Below are positions 21,352 through 32,148 of a stretch of 64,000 nucleotides of DNA, one piece after another (position 1 is the first letter of the stretch; each line of letters opens with the position of its first letter). The DNA lies in assembly GCA_049322915.1 (NCBI GenBank), contig JBMOPW010000044.1:1-64000 (forward strand), read 5' to 3'. A program made the position numbers and the translations under genes. Source of the DNA: Candidatus Zhuqueibacterota bacterium. Its GTDB lineage: Bacteria; Zhuqueibacterota; Zhuqueibacteria; Thermofontimicrobiales; Thermofontimicrobiaceae. The notes under the pieces were generated by a model. That model saw nothing but the letters and a program-made list of their open reading frames with translations, was not told where the DNA came from and searched no databases.

Positions 21352-22635
21352 ATGCAGGAAAAACATCCTGAAAATTTGGATAAAATTTTGTCCGAACACA
21401 CCGCAAAGGTGTTCGACCTTTTTCAGTCCCGGACAAAGAACTTTCAGACGTCGTTTCGGCTGGTGCTGAGTTTTGCCATCCTTTTCCTGTTCATCATTCT
21501 CATCCCGTTCATTTCCATCAAGCAGATACACGAAAATACCCTGGTCGGACAGGCGCGGCTGGAGGACGAAATCGGGAAGCGGAACACCTTGATACAGGCG
21601 CTTCAGCGCGTCGAATCAGGCATTCAGGAATTACATCGAAACATGGAGGATGGCCCGGTGCAATTGCGCGAATTCATCCTGAATTTACCGGCCGGGGAGA
21701 CGGTCTTCGGGAATTTACCTCCTGACCATGCCCAGACCGCGCTGCAAATGACGCCGCAACAGCCGCAGCCCATGGACCGCAGCGCCGCGATCCAGACTGA
21801 GATCGCCCGGCGTTTCAGCGAGTACCAGTCGATATTGCAGCAGGACATTTATGCGCCGCTCCACGCCATCGAATCCGACACACTGGTCGTTCTGGATGTC
21901 GCAAACATCGCTGTCGGACTGGATTCGCTCCGGGCCACATTTGCCTGGAAGCTCGCTGCCAATCCCCATTTCTGGCACACCGTGACCGGGAAATCATCTT
22001 TCTACCTGGGCCTGGAAACCGATCTGGATGAATTCCGGCGCAGCTATGGCGCGTCCATTGAGCAGCAGCGGATGAAACTGCGCAATGAGCTGTCCCGATT
22101 GGAGTCGTCGCGCCAGGCCATGGAGAAACGGCTCAGCGATTTGCAGGCGCAAATTGCGACGTTGGACGCGCGGCTGAAGCAGGTCGAATTCCCGTTCGGC
22201 AAGCTGCCCATCGGACTGGATGAGTCGGTCGCCGTGTTTCCGATTATTGTGGCCATCGGTTTTGTCATCGCTGCCGGATTTCTCCGCGATGCCATTGTCC
22301 TGCGCGATAATTTTCACGCGCTATATCAGCGCCGGGATGAAGCCCGGGAGATCGTGACGCCGGCTCAGATTGCGCTCATTGCGCCGCTCTGGGTGGACCC
22401 GCTCAAGTCAGCGAAAGACAACGCGTGGCATTACTTTCTCTTCCTGTTGCCGTGTTTCATTTTCATTGCGTCATGCGTTCTCATTTTGAATACCTGGACA
22501 ATGTCGCCAACGGCGCTCTTCGCCGGCGCGTTCTTCCGCTGGCTGTATTTCGCGCTGTACGTTGTCAGCGCGCTCGTTTTTATTTATGGCTTCAAAGGCG
22601 TGAGAGGCGCAATCAGGTCGTATGCGTCGAAATAG
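21352..22635 (+). CDS. Hypothetical membrane protein (N-terminal TM, coiled coil, three C-terminal TMs)
   Basis: RBS AAGGAGG; hydrophobic segments near aa 37-56, 293-312, 359-380, 389-412; heptad stretch EQQRMKLRNELSRLE...LDARLK. Confidence 0.7.
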   Translation: MQEKHPENLDKILSEHTAKVFDLFQSRTKNFQTSFRLVLSFAILFLFIILIPFISIKQIHENTLVGQARLEDEIGKRNTLIQALQRVESGIQELHRNMEDGPVQLREFILNLPAGETVFGNLPPDHAQTALQMTPQQPQPMDRSAAIQTEIARRFSEYQSILQQDIYAPLHAIESDTLVVLDVANIAVGLDSLRATFAWKLAANPHFWHTVTGKSSFYLGLETDLDEFRRSYGASIEQQRMKLRNELSRLESSRQAMEKRLSDLQAQIATLDARLKQVEFPFGKLPIGLDESVAVFPIIVAIGFVIAAGFLRDAIVLRDNFHALYQRRDEAREIVTPAQIALIAPLWVDPLKSAKDNAWHYFLFLLPCFIFIASCVLILNTWTMSPTALFAGAFFRWLYFALYVVSALVFIYGFKGVRGAIRSYASK

Positions 22636-22708
22636 CCCGGCGGCGCTCGCTGGCGCGACACTGAGGCAGGGGGACAACCATGAATTCAACTCAAACGGAA
22701 CTCGTTGC

Positions 22709-23056
22709 ATGGGCGTAAACATTAAAAACATGTTTTCCGATCTCCCCCGGAACGTCGCGGAGGAGATTTTCGAGGAACTGGTCGCAACGGAATCGTGCCG
22801 GATCGAGCGCATCATTTCCCACGGACAGAGTTCCCCGGAAGGCTTCTGGTACGATCAGGAACAGAATGAATGGGTGCTGGTTTTGAAGGGACGGGCGCGC
22901 CTGCAATTTGAGCAGGACGATGCAATGATCGATTTGAATGTGGGCGATTCCATCCTCATTCCGGCCCATTGCAGACATCGGGTGGAATGGACGGATCCGG
23001 ATCAGGATACAATCTGGCTGGCGGTGTTCTATCCCCGCGACACAACAAAGCCCTGA
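22709..23056 (+). CDS. Cupin domain protein
   Basis: IERIISHGQSSPEGFWYDQEQNEWVLVLKG...IPAHCRHRVEWT...TIWLAVFY; start moved to ATG 22709. Confidence 0.85.
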   Translation: MGVNIKNMFSDLPRNVAEEIFEELVATESCRIERIISHGQSSPEGFWYDQEQNEWVLVLKGRARLQFEQDDAMIDLNVGDSILIPAHCRHRVEWTDPDQDTIWLAVFYPRDTTKP

Positions 23057-23085
23057 AACACAGTACGTTTTGGACGACTGGATAA

Positions 23086-26000
23086 ATGAATATGGCAGGA
23101 TTGCGATTATATTCCGGCAATCGGCTGGAGACATTGGCCGAGCAATTGGCAGCGGTTCTCAGACAACCGCTTCGGTCGCCTCTGGCGCGGGAAATCATCG
23201 TGGTGCAAAGTCCCGGCATGTCGCGGTGGATTTCCCTGGAACTTGCCGCGCGGTTGGGCGTGTGCGCCAATATCGGATATCAATTTCCCAACGAATGCAT
23301 CCACGCGATTATTCAGCGCATGCTGCCGGGCATTCCGGATTTGACCGGGTTTGAAAAAGAATCACTGACGTGGAAAATTTTGAAGCTGCTGCCGGTGGTT
23401 GTGCATCGGCCGGGATTTGAACTCCTCAAAAAGTACGTGGACAGGGAGGAGTCCGGTCTCAAGTTCTTTCAACTGGCAGAACGCATTGCCGATACATTCG
23501 ACCAGTACCTGCTCTATCGCCCGGAGATGATGTGCCAATGGGATGCCGGCCACGAGACTCACTGGCAGGCGGAGTTGTGGCGGCTGGTCGTGGCAGGCAG
23601 CGGCGGGAGGCTCCATCGTCCGGTGCTGAGAAACAGGCTGCGGGAAGCCATACAGCGCGGAAAGGTCATTTGCAATGAGCTGCCGGAGCGGATCTGCGTT
23701 TTTGGCGTCGCTTCGTTGCCGGTGTTCCACATCGAAATTCTGGAATTGATTTCCCAATGCATCCCGGTAAATCTGTTTTTGATGAATCCGTGCCGGCAGT
23801 ACTGGTTCGATATTCTTTCGGAGCGGGAAAAAGCCCGCGTCACGAATCGGATGAAAAGTCAGGGACTGCCTGTCACAGACCTTCATCTCGAAACCGGAAA
23901 TAGCCTGCTGGCGTCAATGGGCGCGCTGGGCCGGGATTTCTTCGACGTCATTTACCAGCTTGATTTCGAAGAGAATTCTCAATTTGTAGCGGCAGAAAAA
24001 CAGAGCCTGCTGGCTCACATTCAAAACGATATTTTGAATTTAACGGAGGCTGAAAAAGGCGCGCCGCCACGACTCGTCTCCGCGACAGATTTATCCATCC
24101 AGATTCATTCCTGCCATAGCCCCATGCGCGAGGTGGAAGTACTGTACGATCAGCTTTTGGCCATGTTTCAGACAGATCCTGATCTGAAGCCGCGCGATAT
24201 TCTGGTGATGACCCCGGACATTGAAGCCTGCGCGCCGTACATCCAGGCGGTCTTTGATGCGCCCCGCGACGCTGCCGGGAGAATCCCATTCAGCATTGCC
24301 GACCGCAGCATGCTTCGGGAAAATCAGGTGATGGAGACGTTTTTGGCGCTGCTCGACCTGTGCGGCAGTCGCTTCAGCGTGGCCCAGGTGATGTCGATTC
24401 TGGAGTCGCCGGCCGTGTGGAGGCGGTTTGATCTCACCGAGTCCGATCTCGACAGGATTCGCCACTGGGTGGTGCAGACGCGAATTCGCTGGGGTGTCGA
24501 TGAAAATTATCGCCGGGACATGGGCCTGCCGGCCACGTCAGAAAATACGTGGAAGGCCGGCTTGCAGCGGTTGCTGTTGGGCTACGCCATGCCCGGGAGA
24601 GATGAAAATTTATTCGCCGGCATTCTGCCGTTTGATGATATCGAGGGAAAAGTTGCAGCGTGCCTCGGCAATTTTCTGGAATTTGCAGCGAAGCTCTTTG
24701 ATCGGGCGGACTCGCTCCGGCAGCCGCGCGCTCCCCATGACTGGGCTGAGCTGCTGGCGCTCATTCTGGATGAATTTTTTCTGGAAGACGCGGAGACGCG
24801 GGCGCAGATACAGACGCTGCGCGAGTTGATCGCTGACCTGTCGAAAATTCCCGAAGAAGCTGGATTCACGGAGACAGTAGATATCCAGGTAATCCGGCAT
24901 TTCCTCAAGCGGAGCAGCGAGCGGCGCGGCTTTGGCTACGGCTTCATCACCGGGGGCGTCACGTTCTGCGCCCTGTTGCCGATGCGCAGCATTCCCGCGG
25001 ACATCATCTGCCTCATTGGCATGAACAATGAATTATTTCCCAGACAGGGCGCGTTGTCAGGATTCGATCTCATCGCCAAAAATCCCCGCAAGGGTGATCG
25101 GTCCCAGCGAAGCGATGATCGCTATCTGTTTTTGGAGACGATTCTCTCCGCCAGAAAAAAACTATACCTCAGCTACGTTGGCCAGAGCCTGCAGGACAAT
25201 AGCCCCAGGCCGCCGTCCGTACTGGTCAGCGAACTGGTGGACTACATTCGCGCCAATTTCGAAACGGCCGGTTCGTCCATCGTGGATGCAATTTCTTACC
25301 AGCATCGGCTTCAGCCGTTCAGTCCTGCGTATTTTACAAAGGGTAGCCGGCTGTTCAGTTACGCTCAGGACAAGCTGGAGGCAGCGCGCGCCTCATTGTC
25401 GCCCAAAATTAAATCCGCTGATTTCATCACCGAAACGCTGCCGCCGCCGGAAGAGGAGTGGCGAACCGTGTCCGTCAGGGATCTGTGTGACTTCTTTTTC
25501 AACCCATGCCGCTACCTGCTAACGAAACGATTGGGCATTGAATTCCGGGACGACGTGGTTGCGCTGGAAGAGACAGAGCCCTTCCGCATGGATGCTCTGG
25601 ATGAATATCAGGCGGCGCAGTTCATTCTGGAAAAAAACCTGGCCAGACAGACAACCGAGCACCTTTTTACGTCAGCAAGGGCGCAAGGCCACCTGCCTCA
25701 TGGCGCAGTGGGGGAATGCACCTTCACCAATCTGCGCAGCGATGTGGAATTGTTCGCGAGGCGGCTGATGCGCTATGTGCAGGCCGGATCTGTCCCGGCG
25801 CTGGACGTCCACCTGGAGGTCGGCGAGTTCCGATTGACCGGAAAAATCGATGCCTTGTATCCCGGCGAAATGATCCACGCCCGCTTTGCAACGGTGAAGC
25901 CCAAAGACTACATCCGATTGTGGATACACCACCTGCTATTGAATGCTATCGCAGCCGAAGGCTATCCGCGCGAGAGCAGGCTCATCGGCTTGAAAGAGAA

Positions 26001-26355
26001 GGAGAGGCAGCCGGAGATGATCGTCTGGCTGATACCGGCGTTGACCAATGGCCAGGAACTGCTGCAGAAACTGATCGACTGGTACCGGGCTGGATTGGGG
26101 CGGCCGTTGCATTTCTTTCCAAAAAGTTCGTGGGAATACGCCAGGCGCGTGCATGAAGGTAAGTCCCCGCAGGAAGCGCTGGGGTCGGCCCGAAAGCAAT
26201 GGACGACCACCGAATTTTTCGTTGGCGAACAGGACGATCCGGCGATGCAACTCTGTTTCGGCAAGCGGGGCGTTGATCCGCTGGACGCTGAATTCCAATT
26301 GGTGTCGCTGGATGTGTTTGAACCATTTTTGAGGAGCGGTTCCAAATCGAGATAA
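23086..26355 (+). CDS. recC: Exodeoxyribonuclease V gamma subunit
   Basis: YSGNRLETL, IVVQSPGMSRW, FDQYLLYRPE, HSCHSPMREVEVL, LLPMRSIP, DDRYLFLE, PSVLVSEL, QHRLQPFS. Confidence 0.96.
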   Translation: MNMAGLRLYSGNRLETLAEQLAAVLRQPLRSPLAREIIVVQSPGMSRWISLELAARLGVCANIGYQFPNECIHAIIQRMLPGIPDLTGFEKESLTWKILKLLPVVVHRPGFELLKKYVDREESGLKFFQLAERIADTFDQYLLYRPEMMCQWDAGHETHWQAELWRLVVAGSGGRLHRPVLRNRLREAIQRGKVICNELPERICVFGVASLPVFHIEILELISQCIPVNLFLMNPCRQYWFDILSEREKARVTNRMKSQGLPVTDLHLETGNSLLASMGALGRDFFDVIYQLDFEENSQFVAAEKQSLLAHIQNDILNLTEAEKGAPPRLVSATDLSIQIHSCHSPMREVEVLYDQLLAMFQTDPDLKPRDILVMTPDIEACAPYIQAVFDAPRDAAGRIPFSIADRSMLRENQVMETFLALLDLCGSRFSVAQVMSILESPAVWRRFDLTESDLDRIRHWVVQTRIRWGVDENYRRDMGLPATSENTWKAGLQRLLLGYAMPGRDENLFAGILPFDDIEGKVAACLGNFLEFAAKLFDRADSLRQPRAPHDWAELLALILDEFFLEDAETRAQIQTLRELIADLSKIPEEAGFTETVDIQVIRHFLKRSSERRGFGYGFITGGVTFCALLPMRSIPADIICLIGMNNELFPRQGALSGFDLIAKNPRKGDRSQRSDDRYLFLETILSARKKLYLSYVGQSLQDNSPRPPSVLVSELVDYIRANFETAGSSIVDAISYQHRLQPFSPAYFTKGSRLFSYAQDKLEAARASLSPKIKSADFITETLPPPEEEWRTVSVRDLCDFFFNPCRYLLTKRLGIEFRDDVVALEETEPFRMDALDEYQAAQFILEKNLARQTTEHLFTSARAQGHLPHGAVGECTFTNLRSDVELFARRLMRYVQAGSVPALDVHLEVGEFRLTGKIDALYPGEMIHARFATVKPKDYIRLWIHHLLLNAIAAEGYPRESRLIGLKEKERQPEMIVWLIPALTNGQELLQKLIDWYRAGLGRPLHFFPKSSWEYARRVHEGKSPQEALGSARKQWTTTEFFVGEQDDPAMQLCFGKRGVDPLDAEFQLVSLDVFEPFLRSGSKSR

Positions 26356-26452
26356 TAATGTCTCTGGCCTTTCCGAGAACTGGTCGTAGTCGCCGGCGGC
26401 CGGAGCAAAGAGCAAAAACGATTCGAATGAAAAAGAGCGAACGATTTCGACC

Positions 26453-29400
26453 ATGAATTTTGATACATTCCATTCCCGGCTGGAAGGGACGAACCTCATC
26501 GAGGCGAGCGCCGGCACGGGCAAGACCTATACCATCACCTGGCTATTTTTGCGGTTGATTCTGGAAAAGGGATTGACCGTGAACCAGATACTGGTGGTGA
26601 CCTTCACGGAAGCCGCCACGGAGGAGCTGCGCGATCGCATTCGCACCCGAATCCGCGAGGCTGCCGAGGGCTGCCTGACCGGCGCATTTGCAGAGCCGCA
26701 GTTAGAAACGCTCATTGCCTCGTGCGGACCAAAACAGAACGCGCTGGAATCGCTGCGCCAGGCGCTGCGGGATTTCGATCAGGCTGCCATTTTCACCATT
26801 CATGGATTTTGCAAGCGCATGCTCCACGAGAATGCGTTCGAGAGCAACAGCCTGTTTGATACGGAGTTGGAAACCGATAACATCCGGCTGCGGCAATCCC
26901 TGATCGAGGATTTCTGGCGGAATCAGACCTACGTTCAATCCCGGCTGTTCGTCAATTACCTTTTATCCACAAAATTCTTGCCCGGGGAACTGGGAAAATT
27001 GTTCAGTCCCAATTCAATGTTGCCCAACCTGCGCCTCATCCCGGATGCGGCAGAGCGCGATCTGACCGCGGCTGAGCGAAAATTTCACGCAGCGTTCGAC
27101 GAGGTCGCCGAAGCCTGGCAGGCCAACCACGACGAAATTCAGCAATTGCTGTTGGACGCGCCGGGCTTTAAACAGGTGAGTTATAAAAAAGAGAAGATAG
27201 CAGGCTGGATTGATGAGATGGATGGCTTCATCCGGTTCGGTCGCGATGAATCCCTTTTATTTGAAAATTTCGGGCGCTTCACCCGCAGCGCGTTGGCCGA
27301 AGCGACGAAGAAAAATTACGCGCCGCCGGACCATCGATTTTTTGCGCTCTGCGAAACATTGCTGGCAGCCAGAGACGAATTGACAGAAATCTACGCTGAC
27401 CAGCTTCGGGCATTGAAGAGAAAACTGATCCTCTACGTCCGCGAAAAACTGCCGGAGCAAAAGCGCCGGCTGAACATTCTCCATTTCGAAGATCTGCTGT
27501 TCAATTTCCATCATGCGCTGATGGCGGAGGGCGGCGATGCGCTGGCGCAAAAAATTCGGGAGAAGTACTGCGCCGCGCTCATCGATGAATTTCAGGATAC
27601 GGATTCGGTGCAGTATGAAATTTTCAGCCGACTCTTCAGCGCGCCGCCCGGTGTGCTTTTCATGATCGGCGATCCCAAGCAGGCGATTTACAGCTTTCGC
27701 GGCGCTGATGTCTTTGCCTACATGAAGGCCTCCCGCACAGCGAACGCGCGTTATTCGCTGGATACCAATCGCCGTTCCGAGCGGAATCTCGTGCAGGCGG
27801 TGAATGTCATTTTCAGCCGCGCAGTGAATCCGTTCATCTATCCGGCGATAGGATTCGAAAAGGTCGCTGCGGCGGATGAGATCAAACAGGGACCCCTGCT
27901 GCTGTATGGCAAATCCGAGCCGCCCTTGCAACTGTGGTTTTTGAACGCGGCTCAGGTGTCCGATTCCGATAAAGCAATGAGCAAAGAGACCGCACGAAAT
28001 TCCATTTACCCGGCTGTGGCCGCCGAAATCGCGCGGCTGCTGAATCTGGCGAGTCACGGCGAGGCGCGCTTCGGTGGACGCTCGCTGGACGCCGGCGACA
28101 TCGCGGTGCTGGTCCGCAAGAATTCCGAAGCCCGGGAAATGAAGCGACGACTCACTGCCATGGGGATACCCAGCGTGCTTTACAGCGCGGAAAACTTGTT
28201 CGATTCCGGCGAGGCGCTGGAAATGCAGCGATTCCTGGCAGCGGTGATTGAGCCGAATCGGGAGGCGCTTCTCAGGGCGGCGCTGACCACGGATATGATC
28301 GGCTTGCGCGGCGAGCAGATCGACCATCTGTTGCGCAGCGAGATGGACTGGGAGTTCTGGCTGCTGAAATTTCAGAACCTCCACGAGGTGTGGCGGAGAC
28401 GCGGTTTCATGACCATGTTCCGGCAGTTTCTGACGGAGTTTTCGGTTCAGAATCGGCTCATGAATTTTCCGGACGGAGAGCGCCGCAATACCAATATCCT
28501 CCATCTGGCTGAGGTGCTCCATCATCAGGCTATCGAGAAGAAATGGGGCATGTCGGAACTGGCCCAGTGGCTGGCGGAGCAGCGGGATCCGGACGCGGTG
28601 CGTCTCGAAGAGCACCAGTTGCGACTGGAGAGCGATGAAAAGGCGGTCAAGTTGGTCACGATTCATAAAAGCAAGGGGCTGCAATATCCCATTGTGTTTT
28701 GCCCGTTTCTCTGGAACGGTTCGACCATTGGAAAAAACGAGACGTTTTTCATGTTCCACGATGAAATGAACCAGGACCAGTTGACGCTTGATATGGGTTC
28801 GGAGTATGCCGAAGAACATCGCCGGGCCGCCGAAAAGGAGCTGCTGGCGGAGAATCTTCGCCTGCTTTACGTGGCGCTGACCCGGGCCATCAATCGCTGC
28901 TATCTTGCCTGGGGGCAAATCAATGACGCGGAGACGTCCGCCCTAGCCTACCTGTTTCATCAGCCAGCCGAGGTTGGCGGGACCGATCGGATCGCCGCTG
29001 TTCGGGAACGATTTTTGAAAATGGATAGCGCGTCGCTGTTGAGCGAGTTGAAGTCACTGGGCAGCGCTGCGCCGGAGAGCATTGCTGTGAGTGAACTGCC
29101 TCCCGGCGTCGGAGTCACGTACCAGCCCGATGTGTCAAACCAATTTGAGTTGGCATGCCGGACATTCGATGGCCGTATCGATTCGGCCTGGAGAATCACG
29201 AGCTTCTCGGCGTTGACTTCGCGCGTCCAGCCGGATCAGGAAATTGCCGATTACGATGCCACGACTGCCGGCGATGAATCCCGGCTCGCTGCGGAGGATG
29301 AGACAGTCGCGCCGGCAGAATCGGCCACTATATTTCAGTTCCCGCGCGGCGCCGCCTCCGGCATTTTCCTGCACAAGGTGTTCGAGGAACTGGATTTCGT

Positions 29401-30076
29401 CGGGATCTCCAACGCGGATAACGCGAACATCCTCCGGAACAAAATGGCAGAATATCGCATCGGTTCGGGCTGGTTTCCGGCGCTGTCGAACATGATTAAA
29501 AACGTGTTATCGGCGCCGCTTCCGGGACGCGGTGGAGCGTTTTCACTTTCGCAGATTCCGAAGAATGATCGGCTCAATGAACTGGAATTTTATGTCCCAC
29601 TGAAACGGCTGACAGCGGATCGGTTGAAAATCGCTTTCGGGAAAGCCGGGCTGACCCGAAGCGGCGAGCCGCTGCCGGGGCGCATCGGGCAGTTGGTGTT
29701 TTCACCAGCCGAGGGATTTCTGCGGGGGTTCATCGATCTCGTCTTTCAGCACGATGGCCGTTATTACATCATTGATTGGAAATCCAATTACCTCGGCGCC
29801 CGCGTGGGCGACTACGACGAAACTGCGTTGCGGGTGGCCATGGATCAATCGCACTACACGTTTCAATACCTGTTGTACACACTGGCGTTGCATCAGTATT
29901 TGAAATATCGCATCCCCGGCTATGACTACGAAACCATGTTCGGCGGCGTGTTTTATATTTTCCTGCGCGGGGTTGATCCGTCGCTGGGCGCGTCGTTCGG
30001 CGTCTTTGCTGATCGACCTTCCGGGCAGGCTGTGGATTCGCTGTGCCGGGATTTGATAGTGCCAGCAGTTGATTGA
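26453..30076 (+). CDS. recB: Exodeoxyribonuclease V beta subunit
   Basis: IEASAGTGKT, VTFTEAATEEL, IDEFQDTD, IGDPKQAIY, TIHKSKGL, LLYVALTRA; nuclease GFIDLVF...IIDWKSN. Confidence 0.97.
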   Translation: MNFDTFHSRLEGTNLIEASAGTGKTYTITWLFLRLILEKGLTVNQILVVTFTEAATEELRDRIRTRIREAAEGCLTGAFAEPQLETLIASCGPKQNALESLRQALRDFDQAAIFTIHGFCKRMLHENAFESNSLFDTELETDNIRLRQSLIEDFWRNQTYVQSRLFVNYLLSTKFLPGELGKLFSPNSMLPNLRLIPDAAERDLTAAERKFHAAFDEVAEAWQANHDEIQQLLLDAPGFKQVSYKKEKIAGWIDEMDGFIRFGRDESLLFENFGRFTRSALAEATKKNYAPPDHRFFALCETLLAARDELTEIYADQLRALKRKLILYVREKLPEQKRRLNILHFEDLLFNFHHALMAEGGDALAQKIREKYCAALIDEFQDTDSVQYEIFSRLFSAPPGVLFMIGDPKQAIYSFRGADVFAYMKASRTANARYSLDTNRRSERNLVQAVNVIFSRAVNPFIYPAIGFEKVAAADEIKQGPLLLYGKSEPPLQLWFLNAAQVSDSDKAMSKETARNSIYPAVAAEIARLLNLASHGEARFGGRSLDAGDIAVLVRKNSEAREMKRRLTAMGIPSVLYSAENLFDSGEALEMQRFLAAVIEPNREALLRAALTTDMIGLRGEQIDHLLRSEMDWEFWLLKFQNLHEVWRRRGFMTMFRQFLTEFSVQNRLMNFPDGERRNTNILHLAEVLHHQAIEKKWGMSELAQWLAEQRDPDAVRLEEHQLRLESDEKAVKLVTIHKSKGLQYPIVFCPFLWNGSTIGKNETFFMFHDEMNQDQLTLDMGSEYAEEHRRAAEKELLAENLRLLYVALTRAINRCYLAWGQINDAETSALAYLFHQPAEVGGTDRIAAVRERFLKMDSASLLSELKSLGSAAPESIAVSELPPGVGVTYQPDVSNQFELACRTFDGRIDSAWRITSFSALTSRVQPDQEIADYDATTAGDESRLAAEDETVAPAESATIFQFPRGAASGIFLHKVFEELDFVGISNADNANILRNKMAEYRIGSGWFPALSNMIKNVLSAPLPGRGGAFSLSQIPKNDRLNELEFYVPLKRLTADRLKIAFGKAGLTRSGEPLPGRIGQLVFSPAEGFLRGFIDLVFQHDGRYYIIDWKSNYLGARVGDYDETALRVAMDQSHYTFQYLLYTLALHQYLKYRIPGYDYETMFGGVFYIFLRGVDPSLGASFGVFADRPSGQAVDSLCRDLIVPAVD

Positions 30077-30190
30077 AAATGAAGGGGCTTTGAATCGGCC
30101 CTTTGCGGGGCGTCGCGGCCTCATCGGCTGACCCGAAGCCAGCGGCCGGCGCGTGCGTCTTTCGCACAGACGAATGCCGGCGGAGTCGAT

Positions 30191-32050
30191 ATGACAGATG
30201 AAAGTAGAACTATGATGAATTCAGACATCAGAGCGCTGTTTAACCAGAGCAAATTTTCCAGGCTGGATATTCATTTTGCCAGCTTCATGGTTGAGTTGTC
30301 CCGGGGCAAATCGGATGAACTCGCCCTTGCAGCGGCGCTGGTGAGCTATCACACCCGGCAGGGACACATCTGCCTTGACCTGGCGACAATGGCCGGGAAA
30401 AAGCTCGCGCAAATGGATGATGCAGCGGCTCCGGTATTCTGTCCTGAATTGGCAGATTGGCGCTCCGCCCTGTTGCGCAGCGAAGTTGTTGGCGCGCCGG
30501 GACAGTTCACGCCCCTGATTCTGGATGGGAAGAATCGCCTGTATCTCTATCGCTATTGGGATTATGAAAATGCGCTGATCACCGCCATTCAGGCTCGGGT
30601 GAATGCGCCGGTTGAATTGGAGTCGCGGAATCTCCCGGCAGCGCTGGCAACGTATTTCCCGGATGACAATGCCGACGAGCCGGACTGGCAGCGCATCGCC
30701 GGCTTTGTGTCGCTGGCGCAAAAATTCGTCGTCATCTCCGGCGGGCCGGGGACCGGCAAAACAACGACGGTGGCGAAAATTCTGGCGCTGCTGATTCAAA
30801 CGAGTCGCTCCGGGTTGAACATTGCGCTGGCGGCGCCGACCGGCAAAGCCGCGGCGCGATTGCAGGAGGCGATTCAGTCCGCCAGGCAGAAACTGAATTG
30901 TCCGGAATATGTCAAACAGGCCATCCCGGAAAAGACATCCACCATTCACCGGTTGCTTGCGCCCCGGGCGGATTCGCCCTATTTCCGATTCAATGAGAAA
31001 AATCCGCTGGCTGTGGACGTGGTTGTGGTCGATGAATCGTCTATGGTGGACCTGGCGCTCATGGCCAAGCTCGTCCGGGCATTGCCTGCGGATGCGCGGT
31101 TGATTTTGTTGGGCGATAAGAATCAGTTGGCGTCTGTGGAAGCCGGGGCTGTTCTGGGCGACGTCTGCGACGCCGGCAGGCCGCATTCCTTCACGGCCAG
31201 TTTCCGGGAACGCCTGAAGCGCGAGGCTGAAATTCATTCGCCGGAAGCCGGAGAGACAGCCGATTCGCATCCCATTCAGAATTGTATCGTGCAGTTTCAA
31301 AAAAGCTATCGGTTCAAAAGCGACAGCGGCATTGCAGCCGTCAGTCGGGCGATTCATGCCGGCGATAGCGTCGCTGCCTTCGTGACGCTGAGCCATCCCG
31401 ACCGGGATGATATTCGATGGCAGGGACTGCCGCGCCCTGACGCACTCCTGTCCAGCGTGCGTGAAAAGGTGACGGGTTTTTACGGACAGTTCCGGGAGGT
31501 CATAGAACCGGAACAGGCCTTCCGTCTGTTTGAACGATTTTGCATTTTGTGCGCGCTGCGGGAAGGCCCGTACGGCGTGGTCTCTCTCAACGCCATGATT
31601 GAATCGGCGCTGCGGGAAAATCACCTGATTTCCGGAGAGAATGTCTGGTACCCGGGCCGTCCTGTTCTCGTCACCACGAACGATTACCAACTCAGGCTGT
31701 ACAATGGCGACGTCGGATTCGCCTTTTCTGATCCGGCCTCGAACGGCGAGTTGCGCGTATTTTTCCCGGCGCTGGATGGCGCCATTCGGAAATACCATCC
31801 CATGCGATTACCGGCGCATGAAACGGTGTACGCCATGACCATCCACAAAAGTCAGGGCTCCGAGTTCGATGAAGTGCTGGTCATTTTGCCGGAACGGGAC
31901 TCGCCCCTGCTGACGCGGGAGCTCGTGTACACAGCCATCACCCGCGCCAGATTGCGCGCTGAAATCTGGACGCCGGAATCGGTGTTCAAGACCGCTGTGT
32001 CGCGCAGAATTTCAAGATCGTCCGGCTTGCGCGATTCCTTGTGGCAGTAG
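30191..32050 (+). CDS. recD: Exodeoxyribonuclease V alpha subunit
   Basis: LYLYRYWDYE, SGGPGTGKT, APTGKAAARL, VDESSM, LGDKNQLASVEAG, YAMTIHKSQGSEF, YTAITRA. Confidence 0.97.
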   Translation: MTDESRTMMNSDIRALFNQSKFSRLDIHFASFMVELSRGKSDELALAAALVSYHTRQGHICLDLATMAGKKLAQMDDAAAPVFCPELADWRSALLRSEVVGAPGQFTPLILDGKNRLYLYRYWDYENALITAIQARVNAPVELESRNLPAALATYFPDDNADEPDWQRIAGFVSLAQKFVVISGGPGTGKTTTVAKILALLIQTSRSGLNIALAAPTGKAAARLQEAIQSARQKLNCPEYVKQAIPEKTSTIHRLLAPRADSPYFRFNEKNPLAVDVVVVDESSMVDLALMAKLVRALPADARLILLGDKNQLASVEAGAVLGDVCDAGRPHSFTASFRERLKREAEIHSPEAGETADSHPIQNCIVQFQKSYRFKSDSGIAAVSRAIHAGDSVAAFVTLSHPDRDDIRWQGLPRPDALLSSVREKVTGFYGQFREVIEPEQAFRLFERFCILCALREGPYGVVSLNAMIESALRENHLISGENVWYPGRPVLVTTNDYQLRLYNGDVGFAFSDPASNGELRVFFPALDGAIRKYHPMRLPAHETVYAMTIHKSQGSEFDEVLVILPERDSPLLTRELVYTAITRARLRAEIWTPESVFKTAVSRRISRSSGLRDSLWQ

Positions 32051-32148
32051 CGCTGGCGCAGCAGAAAATACCGCATGGCCAGGCGCGTGGACAACGAGTG
32101 CTGTACGTTCATAAATAAATAGCAGCCTGAAGTTATAAATTGAAATTC

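Noticed and set aside
27257..28918. 553-aa antisense ORF in recB (similarly 30221-31798, 8087-9121, 52705-53658 and others)
   Set aside because: These are shadow frames of well-supported genes and carry no recognisable motifs.
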